Shown: one piece after another, positions 51,131-63,286 of the stretch
Numbering within the stretch: the stretch's first letter is position 1
Layout: every line of letters begins with the position of its first letter
Source of the DNA: Octopus sinensis
Lineage: Eukaryota
Assembly: GCF_006345805.1 (NCBI RefSeq)
Contig: NC_043009.1
Span: 35,526,001 to 35,590,000, forward strand
DNA: 64,000 bases
Direction: 5' to 3'
Translations under genes and position numbers: made by a program
The notes under the pieces: generated by a model
What the model saw: only the letters and a program-made list of their open reading frames with translations
What the model was told of the DNA's origin: nothing
Database searches by the model: none

Positions 51131-53286
51131 ATGCAGAAAGGGGATGACACATCGTTAACGAAGATACTACAGAGGAAATAATTATAGAACAACCCGGGTC
51201 TGTTGAAAATGCAATCATGGTTGAAAGAGCTACTGTAACTGATAAGCAAAGTGAAACATTTCTGAACCAACCATAAACAGTAAAACAAATGAAAATCAAA
51301 CAGATGAAGAAAGTCACAGAGATATTGACCCAATAGAGCTACATGATCTAAAAAATCAAATAATGATTGAATAGCTGAAAATTGAAGAAGCCAGTATGAA
51401 GGAACCCGACATTCTCCCCAAAATTCGCAATTCTAACCAAAACCTAAAAGTAATTGGTAAAATCCGCCTCTCACTTAAGAATATAATTTCAGCTAATGAT
51501 GGTGATATTACAGATCTGAAACACCTCTACTATGCATCCACGAAGATCTTAACGATTCTATGTGATGAAAAGTTTAGAAAACGACATTCCTAACTTCTAG
51601 TTGAAATAATTCCTAACTTCTAGTTGAATGCCTTCCCAGAGAGCCATGGACTGCTACGAAAACTTTACAATAATGTTTTGTAACAACTCTTGGTTAGATA
51701 ATGGTGTAACGTACCTACTTAAAAAATGAAGAAACAAATGAACCAAAAAATTATAGTCCCATAACTTGCTTAATATCTGCTAACATCTGTCTTCCCTGAA
51801 TATACCTATAGTTTTTAATAGAAAGTGGCAAATTTCCTAATGAGCAAAAAGGATGTAAACGTGGATCTTATGGTTGTAAAGATAAGCTACTCATCAATAA
51901 GATGCCCTTGGAAGTTTGTTGCAAGCGGAACAGAATCTTATCGATAGTCTTGTTAGACTATCAAAAAAGCTTTTGATAGTCTTCCACATAGCTGGATTAA
52001 GAAATATCTGAAAATGTATAACATAGCATCTACCCTGCGAAACGTCTTGTCTGTAAGTATGTGATCATGGAGAACCAAACTGTCTTTGAACAGTTCCAAG
52101 GAATCTATTAATGTTGGAGATGTAATAATCTCATGTGGCATTTTCCACTCCTCTTTTGTCTTACTTGATGCCTCTCTCGAAATTACTCGATGATGTACGA
52201 TATGGTTATTAAATGCTTGATAACAATATAAATCATCTCGCAATTTGGCCTCAATAAATGTGCAAAAGCTACCTTTATCAAAGGAAAATTTACAGAAACA
52301 TCCAATGTTAATCTTGACCAGTAGAATGTCATAAAGGAGTTAGAACCAGCGGAGAGCTACAAATACCTAGGGGTATTTGACGGTGATGGAGTCAAAAATT
52401 CAGTGATGAGAGATAGGGTTAGAAGAGAATGTTATCTCAGAGTAAGGGCAATACTCAAGAATGCAAAAACAGGATCGAAGCGATCAATACTTTAGCCATA
52501 TCGATCGTGATTTAGTTTCAATATCATTAACTCGTCAATTACTGAAATATGTAATCTTGAAAGAAAAATACAAAAATTGTTGACAATGTATAGGATGCAC
52601 CACCAAAGTCACTCATAGAACAACTTTACCCGCCAAGAAAAGAGGGTGACCGTGAACTTTTACAACTGGAATTAATAGTGAATATTGCCCCAATTGGCCT
52701 AGATAGCTACCTGAAAAACTCTAATGTTAAAACTTCTCTCAAAGCATGAAAACAAGAAAGCATCATACTCAGTATCAAAACAGACAAGGGAATATCTAAG
52801 TGAATTCCAAATACAAGAAATTCCAAACTTAGACGTACTAGAAACAAGCGTGTGAAAACCTCTGCTAAAACTGCTGCCTTCAATATTTTTACTGATAAAT
52901 AAATAGCAATCTCTCGATGGCAAATACCCAAAGAGAGCCAATAGTGCCGATGTTGACAAAGACTTTACCCATCAATGGTTACTGTCTTCTGGATTAAAAT
53001 CAGAAACAGAAGGGTTTATCATAGCAGCCCAAGATCAGTCCCTACCTAAAATAAACTACGAGGCCAGCATATTAAATAATGACAATAGCCCACCATGTCG
53101 TTTATGTCAATAACAAAATGAAACCATTGATCATGCTGTTTCCATGTGCAGTTTTCTTGCGCCTAAAGAGTATCTCAACAGGTATGACAGAACAGCACAA
53201 TATATTCACTGGGTAATTTGCAAAAGCCTACACTTGCCCCAGGAGAAAAACTGGTGGGAACACTAACCACCTCCAGTGCTTGAAAA
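51131..53286 (+). mobile_element. Second R4/Dong LINE with internal deletion, 3'-truncated at the hammerhead repeat
   Basis: N-terminal-like block, then PNEQKGCKRGSYGCKDKLLINKM, DYQKAFDSLPHSWI, YKYLGV, GLKSETEGFIIAAQDQSL, CRLCQ*QNETIDHAVSMC and WEH*PPPVLE. Confidence 0.85.
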
Positions 53287-53920
53287 CTGAAGACTGTTTG
53301 ATTTCGTTATTTTCCTTCTTTTGCATATGTGAGTTACAGGTAAATGTTATATTTGTAGCTATATTTGTAGTAAATAGAAATAAGCGGTCTTTGACTGCTA
53401 TTTCTAAATTTTTCGGTATGTGGCTAAACAACTTATTGCTGAACCCTAATTATATATATATATATATATATATAAAGAACATTTTGTAAAAGTTCCTACC
53501 GATAATGGTTCTATTTCCATACCGAAACTACTTGGTAATAATTATTAATTTTTAAAATTCATTCGTCTATTTGGATTTGGTTATGCTGACTATCTTCGGC
53601 TATATCCGATGGCGCGGGATCGGGTGCAAGAGGTAGGTTAATAGCATTTGACAAATCTATAATTTATTGGAATGTTGTGCTGATGACGGGAATGAGTTCT
53701 TTATAATTCTAACCCAGAAATGCGTCCACAACTAACCGAAGACTGTTTGTTTTCGTTATTTTTCTTCCGTTGCTTAACCCTAATTATATATATATATTTA
53801 TATATATATAAAGAACTTTTTGTAAAAGTTCCTACCTATAATGGTTCTATTTCCATACTGAAACTACTTGGTAATAATTATTAATTTTTAAAATTAATAA
53901 TTAGTTACCCTTATATTCAT
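53287..53920 (+). mobile_element. Tandem (about 1.4 units, period 449 bp) hammerhead-containing repeat
   Basis: gaagactgtttg.tttcgttatttt at 53289 and 53738. aaccctaatt(ta)n-aaagaac.ttttgtaaaagttcctacc.ataatggttctatttccatac.gaaactacttggtaataatt is duplicated. Homologous to the 45.4-46.1 kb unit. Confidence 0.8.
53674..53732 (+). ncRNA. Compact type I hammerhead ribozyme motif
   Basis: gttgtg CTGATGA(53680-53686) c ggg..gagtt..aattc..ccc a GAAA(53717-53720) tgcg TC cacaac. Stem I is a perfect 6 bp; predicted cleavage after C53726 (GUC). Confidence 0.75.
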
Positions 53921-54204
53921 TAATATATATATATATGGTTTGAAGCCGACATGAAGACCAACATCAATACAGATTTTAATATATATTCCCTAAATCACCA
54001 GAAGTATTTTGTCTACCGGTTAGACAAAAAATAAGTGAGAAAATGTTAATCTGTTTGTTTATATTTGGTAGGGGTGGAATGTTCGTCGAATATTCATGCT
54101 ATACTCATGAATGTGTGTAAAACTTTTAAGAGTATATGTGTGTGTGCATGTGTGCTTGTGTATGTGTGAGTGAGTGTGAGTGAATGTGTGCGTGCGTGCT
54201 TGTG

Positions 54205-54320
54205 TGTGTGAAGGTACGTGGCTTAGTACTAAGGGAGTTGCAATCATGGGTTTGATTCCCAGACCAGGTAGTAGGTTGCGCAAAACACTTCATTTCACGT
54301 TGCTCTAGCCCCCTTTTCAA
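54205..54320 (+). mobile_element. Degenerate 5' fragment of the 24.3-kb tRNA-SINE family
   Basis: ggtacgtggcttagt, gtttgattcccagacc and aaacacttcatttcacgttgctc. Confidence 0.5.
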
Positions 54321-54420
54321 TCGAGATGGGGGATGTTGACCTGCTCTTCTAACCAGTGGGGTGGTATCATTCAAAGGTGAGAACGATCTGGTACTCTGGT
54401 CGATCACCTGGTCATAATAG

Positions 54421-55844
54421 ACAGTATCCATAAATTGACGTTACAATTTAAAGAATTCATTACGAATGCAATTGATAAGATATATTAATCAGACTCGGTT
54501 TATTGTACTCAGTGGTTTTCAAATTTTTAATCACATTGCATTTTTGTTTTTCAGGCATCATGCAGATTAAAGAGGCATTTTATGAATGAATCCCTAAGAA
54601 ATGACTACTCCTCAAGTTAAGGCACAATGTGTATCAGTGTTTATTGAGAAAAAATCGGATACGCAGACCCAACAGAGAAAAGTATAGAAGAGATCCAACA
54701 TCACGTCCGTTAATTCGCGGATGGCAGAAAAAATTTATGGAGGCAGGGGCAATGTTAGATAGAAAGAGGAGTCGGCGACCAAGAACATCTGAGGAAAACC
54801 TTGATCGTTTAAGAGAAACCTTTTCTCGTTCTCCCACAAAGTCTATCCGTTCTGTTGTCAGACAGTTAGAGATAATACGTTCAACAGTACACAAGAAATT
54901 AATTTTCGTATTACAAATTAATGACAAAATACATATAGAAAAATATCATTACTGGGTGGTATGACAAATTACTATACGTTAGTTTCTCCAAACAATGCTT
55001 GTTATTCACAAGAACCTGTGATTGTACGCTTACAAAGTTCAACTCCTACAGGCAATAAAGCCAAATGATAAACCATGAAGAAAAAAGTTGGCAGTTCACA
55101 TGCTGCAAATAATTTCTGAAACATTCCTCAGGCGAATTTGTTAGTGACGAGGCAACATTTCATGCTTCAGGGAAACTGAACAAACACAATGTGAGAATCT
55201 TTGAATCAGAACACTCACACGTAACTAGGGAAGTTCAGCGAGATAGTGCCAAAGTGAATGTCTGGAGAGGAATTATGTGCAGTTGAATTATTCGTTCACT
55301 TTACTTCAACGCGAGATCGATTATCGCAAATGTCTACCGTAACAATTTGACTGAATATGCGGCACCATAACTCCAGGACATTCAGCCGACCGTCATTTTC
55401 CAACAAATTTCTACCTAATTCAAGACTGCATGTTCGTGAGTTGCTCAATCAAATATTTCCAGACCGTTGAATTGGAAGGGATGGACCAATTCCGTGGCTA
55501 CCACTTTCACCAGATATCACACCTCTGGATTTCTTTCTATGGGGATATGTTAAAGATATCGTGTATCGAACAAAGATACGGGACATTACTAAACTACAGC
55601 AAAATATAACAGATGCGATTGAAACCATTGATGAGGCTATGCTACAGCAAGCATTGCAAGAAATCTACTACTGTCTTGATGTACTTCATGCGATTAATGG
55701 TGCCCGTATAGAGGTGCATTAAATGAGGTAACGAAAATAATTTGAAAATCACTGAGAACAATATAACAAGTGTGATAAAGATATCTTATCATTTGTCATT
55801 GTAATAAAATTTCTAAATAGCAAGAGGACTTTCTGGACACCATG
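54421..55844 (+). mobile_element. Tc1/mariner-superfamily transposon (DD37D/maT-like), decayed
   Basis: MTTPQVKAQCV...GWQKKFMEAG...RPRTSEEN...SPTKSIRS, SDEATF and SPDITPLDFFLWGYVKDIVY. Right TIR ctttctggacaccatg|ta; the left TIR is degenerate, but a tgataagatat-containing subterminal block is mirrored. Confidence 0.85.
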
Positions 55845-56054
55845 TATATATGCATATATGTACACACACTCACTCACACACACACATGATCCATACAAAT
55901 ACACGCACACACAAACACATATATATATATAGACGGAGAAAATATTTCGCGAGAAAAATAATTGACGAAAAAATATTTTGCGAAGATATTATTAACTCTG
56001 TTATTATCTAGTAATAATTTAAATATATATATATATATTAATATTCGCGACAAT

Positions 56055-56202
56055 TTGATACGACCTCATGCGATTAAAAGTTTCGCAAGGCTTCTAACAG
56101 AAACTGTGCTCGTTCCGGCTTAGGTTAATGTCACGTAAGCCTGAACGATCCGTGTTTCTGTTAGAAACTTGAAAAACTCTAAATCGCATGGGGCCGAATC
56201 AA
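56055..56202. other. Imperfect fold-back hairpin of about 150 nt
   Basis: Nested complementary blocks ttgat/atcaa, catgcgatt/aatcgcatg, agttt/aaact, caag/cttg, ttctaacagaaac/gtttctgttagaa, tcgttc/gaacga and ggctta/taagcc, with a 13-nt loop. Confidence 0.75.
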
Positions 56203-56204
56203 TC

Positions 56205-56516
56205 TGTTTAAAGTAGTAATATATTTGTTTGTTCTTTCTCGAGCCATGCTTGGCTCATATGGGCCGGTTTCCCGGTTTCCTTGTCGTATAGCTTCCCCAC
56301 CTGGTCCGACGCTGGTGAGCTGCAAGATGCAGGAGGAAAGAGTAAGAGAAAGTTGTGGCGAAAGAGTCAGCAGAAGTTCGCCATTACCTTCTGTCTGAGC
56401 CGCGTGGAACTTAGGTGTGTCGCTCATAAGCACACATATCGCCAGGTCTGAGATTCGAATCCGTGATCTCTCGATAACGAGTCCGCTGGTCTAACCACTA
56501 GGCCATGTGTCTCCAC
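56205..56516 (-). mobile_element. tRNA-derived SINE
   Basis: Minus head gtggagacacatggcctagtggttagacc (A box) and ggattcgaatctc (B box), followed by a unique body. Confidence 0.8.
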
Positions 56517-56622
56517 AGTAATATATTTAACCCCTTTTAAGTGTGTTGAGTACCCTTTTCTTTTGTTTGTCCACTCTTGTGTACATACATATAACATACA
56601 TACATACACACACACATATATG

Positions 56623-57508
56623 CGTGATCTGATCAATAAATATCCGGATTGTTGCCCTTGTAAGGAAACTAAAGCATGCAGAGTGAAGCCGCTTGGCACA
56701 GATCAACTTTGTACTCTGATGTGCATATGCACTAAGTTTTAACGTTCTAGCCACTTTCGCTGTTTACAGCAGTGCTTGGAAGTAACGTGTGTAACGTGTG
56801 ATCGTCGCATTCACCATAACGGAGAACGTTGAGCAGAGAATCTTCATTAATTTTTGCTAAAAGCTTTGCGATACCTTCTCAGAGGCCTACGCAAAGTCTT
56901 CAAAATGTTTTCATCGTTCTCTACACAATAAAGGAGATCATGTGAAGCTGAAACCCGAGAATCTCTTTGGTGAACTGAAAGCATCTTTGGCACAAACTTA
57001 GCAGACATGCGTCTCATACTCAAATCTCCAGCGATAATGGAATGAACTGAACTATAAGTTGTCTGCACATCCTCTGATAACTCACAGATGGTAATTCGAT
57101 GATTTCCCTTCACTCACATCTGCGATGTTCTTTTCAGTTCTGTTGGTTACGGGTCTCCCAGAGCGTCCGTCACCATCGATATTTTTTCTGCCATCTTGGA
57201 AACGTCTGAACCACCTGTAAAATCATGTACGAGTCATACAGTCCTCTCCATACACTTTCTGGAACTTTGCGTAGGCCTCTAAGCAGGTATAGCCATGAAA
57301 ACGTTCACTGTCATGGTCAATGCGACGATCACACGTTACATACGTTATTTCGAATCACTACTGTAAATGGCATCAGGGAGCTAGAACGTTAAAACTTGGT
57401 GTGCATGCATATCAGAGGTCAAGATCAATCTGTGTCAAGCGGCCTCAATTTGCATACTTTATCTTCGTTACAATGGCAACAGTCCGGATACTTATTGATT
57501 AGGCTGCG
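56623..57508. mobile_element. mariner derivative built from two inverted 5' ends
   Basis: TIR cgtgatctgatcaataaatatccgga / tccggatacttattgattaggctgcg|ta. The left arm carries the first transposase codons (ENVEQRIFI.F). The right arm on the minus strand runs to RMSAKFVPKMLS...ENDENILK. Confidence 0.85.
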
Positions 57509-57559
57509 TATATACATGTGCATATACAAACGCACATATATACATACATAGATATATTA

Positions 57560-57942
57560 TTTTATTCATTTACTTGTTTCAGTAATTTTACTGCGGCTAT
57601 GCTGGAGCTTCACCTTTAATCGAACAAATTGACCACAGGACTTATTCTTTGTAAACCTAGCACTTATTCCATCGTTTTTTTTACCGAACCGCTAAGTTAT
57701 GGAAACGTAAACATTCCAGCATCGGTTGTCACTCGATGGTGAGGGGACATACACAGACATACACACACAGAAACACAAACACACACATATATATACGACG
57801 GGCTTCTTTCAGTTTCCGTCTACTAAATCCAATCACAATGGTTTGGTTGGCTATAGTAGAAGACTCTTACCCAAGGTGTCACGCAGTGGGGCTGGACCCA
57901 GGGTCATGTGGTTGGTAAGCAAGCTACTTACCACAGAGTCAC
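57560..57942 (-). mobile_element. tRNA-derived octopus SINE with internal (CA)/(TA) tract
   Basis: Minus head gtggtaagtagcttgcttaccaaccacatg, then gacggaaactgaaagaagcccgtcg and a 3' body ending actgaaacaagtaaatg. Confidence 0.85.
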
Positions 57943-58753
57943 GACAAATTTAAACTTAGGCAAACTTTCTCAAAACGTTCAAAAATTAGTTACCAATAAT
58001 TTAGGATACCCACACCAGCATCACCAGTGTCCACTCGCAAAAACACAAAGGTTCTATTTCTATCAAACCGGAATTAGCTCGATTAAATGAAAGAAAGAGA
58101 AGTAACTACACTAAACAATTCGCAAGGACAGCGCGATTTTTGATTGGTCACCGTTTTAAATGAACCAAGATACGAAACGGACGAAATGAACCGAAAAAAC
58201 ACATTGGATTTATGAATCAGTTTGCTAATGTATAATTTAGCTCAAGAGACGTTCTCTACGTGGTAAATTTTCTCATAGTGGAGATTTTAGTAGTGATTTT
58301 AGACGTAAATACTCAGTACATTTATACAGAAGTGAGCTGAGGTATAACACCTTAAAGTTATCAATAAATAAGTTGGGACTGTATTGTACATGATGTTGTC
58401 ACACAAATATGTGTGTGTGTATGTGTGTGTTGATGATATATGAGTGTTATACAAATGCATATACATACATATACATAAATATGAACGGTGTTTTCGGACG
58501 ATTGCAGTCCCTGTCAGAATATAGGTACACAATTATGTGCTTTGACTACAGTGTTAGAGCATTTTAGCTCTTGTTTCTAGCAATGTAGGCGTTTCTAACA
58601 CCCTTAGTCACATTTAGTGACAATTATAGTTTTCCTTTTTTATGAAACATTGCAAACTGCTGTGTATATTACTTTTCTGTATTATTTATGTGTCTATATA
58701 TATTATACACAAATCCGCACACACACTCACATACATAGATACACATACGCATG

Positions 58754-58801
<48 letters not shown>

Positions 58802-58857
58802 CACACATGCGGTAAAAAAATACAGACGAAATATTAATGTTTGTAATTTTTGAAAAT

Positions 58858-58916
58858 GATGATAATAATAATAATAATAATAATATAATAATAATAATAA
58901 TAATAACAACAATAAA

Positions 58917-58959
<43 letters not shown>

Positions 58960-59008
58960 TTAATAATAATAATAATAACAATAAAAATAATAATAATAAT
59001 AATTGTTG

Positions 59009-59049
<41 letters not shown>

Positions 59050-59068
59050 GCAACATTAACAACGTTGT

Positions 59069-59099
<31 letters not shown>

Positions 59100-59117
59100 T
59101 AATAATAATAATAATAA
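58858..59117. repeat. (AAT)n microsatellite with an internal inverted (TTA/TTG)n block
   Basis: Direct reading; the strand flips at about 59002-59047. Confidence 0.9.
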
Positions 59118-59482
59118 ACGGTGTTAAAGATGCAGCAAAAGTAAAAACGTGTTAAGTTATAAAATGTAAATAAAAACATTCACTTACCTTATATATATAT
59201 TTTTTGTTGTTCTATTTATATTAAATGTTACAAGCTATATAAATCTTCATAGTATTCAAAATTGTAAATATTGTCACTGTTCATATCCACTTCTGCACTA
59301 TTGACAACACAACTCAGCTGTATTTATTTAACCTTTCACCTCTCCACACGATATTTTCTCGTTCAACTTTGTAAACACCATTATTTCTACTTTGTTTTGT
59401 TTTGCTTTTAATCTCGTGTTAGATTTTTTCTCTCTCTGCTCGATCAAACGTATTATTTTATTTAATTATTTATTTTATATTT

Positions 59483-59530
<48 letters not shown>

Positions 59531-59677
59531 GTATTTCACAGAGTTAGAAAGTCAAATAATTTTTATGACAAATTATATTTCTTTTATCAAAGGAAAAACC
59601 AATAGCAAAATATATTGCATATATTCATCAAAACTATATATTTGCATAAGTGCTTATAAATATGCAAATACATACAC

Positions 59678-59716
<39 letters not shown>

Positions 59717-60240
59717 TATATACACACACACACGCACACGTAGTATGTATATAAGTAATGAATGATTTTGCGTGTAGCTATAAGCATATATTTTTGTAGT
59801 AATTCTTAAACGTAGTACATTTATACACTTGTGTGTGTGTGTGTTCAATCCTGTAACATTCTATGCTTCGATGTTGGAACACATGCATATATCCACACAT
59901 GTATATTTACGTTCTGCTTGTGTACGAATGCAATATTATATAGGTCTGTGTATATGTAAATATGCAGGTATATAAGCTGTTTATGACTTCCGTGAATGCA
60001 TGAACTCCACAAAATATAATTTATTTTCCATCTGCACATACATATGTGTGTTTGGCATCTATAAAGAGAGTGATTGTTGTTACTTCACTGACGAGAAAAA
60101 AAAATTACCAATTGGTTATAGAGATCAAAGCATTAAAAATCAGTCTCTTCTTTTAGATTACTTGTAGCAACCAATTACAAGAATTACAACTCAAAACTCC
60201 TACATATCTAATATTACGTGTTAATAATAATAATGATAAC

Positions 60241-60279
<39 letters not shown>

Positions 60280-61233
60280 TGGTAGACAGACGGGCAGACA
60301 GAGAGTCAGATAGATTGACAGAGAGAGAGAGAGAGAGAGAGAGATAATAGGTGTTGATGTGTAACGTCAAATCGGTTACGTGTTTCGCAATTTGTTTACG
60401 AAAAGCATGGAACTATGGAAGAACAGATGAAATGAAAAGGAGAAAGAAGAATCGAGAAGAAAGGAAACAACAAATACACACACATATACCCACACACGCG
60501 CGTGTGTGTGGTTGTATGGTGGTGTGTGTGTGTGTGTGCGCGCGCGCGCGTGTGTGTGTGTAAGGGAGAGAGACAGAAAGAGAGATAGAGAGATAGTACG
60601 TGTTACCAAGAAGAAATTTGCATTATACGTATACTTGTGTATACATATATATATACATATATATGTGTGCGTAGAGAGAGAGAGAGACAGAGAGAGAGAG
60701 AAAGAGAGAAAGCGGGAGAGAGGGGGAATGGGGAGAGAAATATATTTGTCTGTCTTGTATTAGTGGGTGTATATTTTGGTTGGTTTTAGTATCAGTGAAC
60801 TACGAAAGTATTTTTCATTAGTAAACATTGACAAGAAGAGATGTTGCAATAAATGTAGAAACATAGGCTGGCACTCGTTTGATTAGTAGTTAAATAGTTT
60901 CAAACTCCGCATTACACCACACTGAACCACCGACACTACGCGGATGCTATGCTAGATAAAGTGCATGTAATACTCTTACTGGCTTTTGGTTTGTTAGTTT
61001 TCTCTTTATTCTTTTTCTAGTAGTGTCATCTGTTGGTTTGTCTATCGATGTGTGTGTGCGTGGGATGTGTGTAGCAATCTTTATATGTGGATGTATTTTT
61101 GGGTCTGTATATATTGCTGTATGTATGTTTTACGGTGAGTGTGTGTGTGCATACGTATGTGTCCATCCCATGTTTTCTATCATTATTTTTTTCACCGACT
61201 CTAATGCTCATCTTCGCTCTCATATGTTGTAAC

Positions 61234-61304
<71 letters not shown>

Positions 61305-61319
61305 CATCTATCTATCTAT

Positions 61320-61375
<56 letters not shown>

Positions 61376-61875
61376 ATCCTTTCTGCCTCTCTCCCTCGTA
61401 CACACACATGTACACACACATACACATACGTAACACGCAGAGTTATAAACAACAAAGAGACCTGCACTGCTGTAATAATGCAAATGACATGCACTCACTG
61501 CCTGAACCGAACGCTGGAAATCCAGAGGTAGATTGTAGGTGGTCCATCAATATGCAAGAATTAGCAGTCAAAACTTCCTCAATATTACACCCGTTAGATA
61601 ACGTAATTTCTTAATACACTCTGCCCATCTCAATAAAGTGATGATAATGACCGGACTCTTTTGCTCATACACCTGGGGTTAAAAACGAAAAACGACTAAA
61701 CACCTACAGATGTAACAATAAATTATGTATCAAGAAGCGCGCGCACACACACACATATATGCATGTGTATATATAAATGTATACGTATATACATACTTAC
61801 ACACATATATATGTGTGTGGATATGTATACATACATACATATATATAATATATATATATATATATAATATATAAT

Positions 61876-61922
<47 letters not shown>

Positions 61923-61924
<2 letters not shown>

Positions 61925-62085
61925 CCGGGGTAAACACATAAATGTGAAACAAGGTGGAAAAAAGAGTACTCAATTACCAGAGGTAGAGTAACATGCTTTA
62001 TTTAAAAGCATGAGAAACTTAACAAAAGTTGTTACTCGGAGTTTCACGTTCCCGTTCGTCGGACAGTTTTGTTAAAATCTGTGTA
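61923..62085 (-). mobile_element. Short (about 160 bp) hammerhead-containing element between microsatellites
   Basis: Unique block flanked by (TA)n and (TA/CA)n, not homologous to the 45/47/53/63-kb family. Confidence 0.65.
62019..62075 (-). ncRNA. Type I hammerhead ribozyme motif (U4C core variant)
   Basis: Minus strand: ttaacaaaa c tgt CCGACGA acg-ggaa-cgt GAAA ctc-c-gag TA aca ac ttttgttaa. Stem I has 3 plus 9 bp around an internal loop, stem II has 3 bp with a tetraloop, and the predicted triplet is GUA. Confidence 0.8.
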
Positions 62086-62244
62086 TATATACATGTATAT
62101 ATATGCATATACACACATGCATATATATGTAAATATAAACATAAATGATACACACGCACACACACACCACACACATACGCACACACACACGCACACACAC
62201 ACACATACACACACACCACACACACACAACACACACACAACACA

Positions 62245-62340
<96 letters not shown>

Positions 62341-62704
62341 GAAATTATAAACTCAACAAACACTGCAGATTTCCTGACATAGACCCAGTGAAAATTATAT
62401 GGTTATTGTTGATGACATAAGGTAGCCCAAATGAGGAATATGCTTTAATCGACATGCTAATGGACATATTGTTCGATGTTCAGTGTCGAATGAAATCGTA
62501 TTCGATATATTATTAGTGATTAATAATATTGTTATTTCGGTCGAGGAAACCTTTTGCTCTTGTGAGATTCTCCTATGGGAACAGTCTCTTCAGGTAAGTT
62601 ACATCTCAGGATTTGCTTGAAGACTCCAAGTACTGATAGGCAAATCTCAGTATAGCAAGGAACTAACACACATACGCACATACACACCAACACACATGCA
62701 TACA

Positions 62705-62705
62705 C

Positions 62706-62796
<91 letters not shown>

Positions 62797-62797
62797 C
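62705..62797. repeat. (GATA)n microsatellite
   Basis: Direct reading. Confidence 0.95.
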
Positions 62798-62804
62798 AGA
62801 TGGA

Positions 62805-62945
62805 CAGGTACGCAGGCTTCTTTCAGTTTCTGACTAACAAAATCACTCCCAAGGATTTGGGCAGCCTGTGGCTTTATTAGATTTGCTCAAAGTACCACAG
62901 AGTGAGGCTGAACTCGTAACATGTGGTTGGCTATCAAACTTGTTA
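62805..62945 (-). mobile_element. Degenerate 5' fragment of the 57.6-kb SINE family
   Basis: ggcttctttcagtttc and aacatgtggttgg match the 57.8-57.9 kb segment. Confidence 0.6.
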
Positions 62946-62981
62946 TACATACATACATACATACATACACACATACATGCA

Positions 62982-63014
<33 letters not shown>

Positions 63015-63129
63015 TCCGCTCGAAACATGAAATTCTCTTTCTTTTCTTTCCTTTCCTGAGCATCCAATAACACTCTACTTATTCCACGTCCTCACGTTGC
63101 TGCTTGTTCTTGCTTGTTCATGTTTGGAT

Positions 63130-63130
<1 letters not shown>
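63015..63130 (+). mobile_element. Truncated homolog of the 24.0-kb element (3' half of the motif only)
   Basis: gctcgaaacatgaaa..tttc..tcctgagcatccaataacac versus gctcgaaacgtaaaa..tttc..tcctgagcgctatactaatac. Confidence 0.45.
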
Positions 63131-63174
<44 letters not shown>

Positions 63175-63286
63175 TACAGACGAGAAAGTAAATATAGTTG
63201 TGAAAACAGCACAGAAAGATTGGCTGCTTACCTATTGAAGACAATCTTTGGAAGCGCCGTAAAATCATATATATATATTAGTATCT

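Noticed and set aside
53287-53920. Repeat-spacer-like pattern suggesting CRISPR, also the 31-bp repeats at 19.6 kb
   Set aside because: The context is eukaryotic, units are long or irregular, and there are no unique equal-length spacers or cas genes.
58140-58200. CCAAT-like and CpG-containing stretch as a possible promoter, also 49070-49135
   Set aside because: Short motifs are expected by chance, and there is no linked gene or CpG-island-scale signal.
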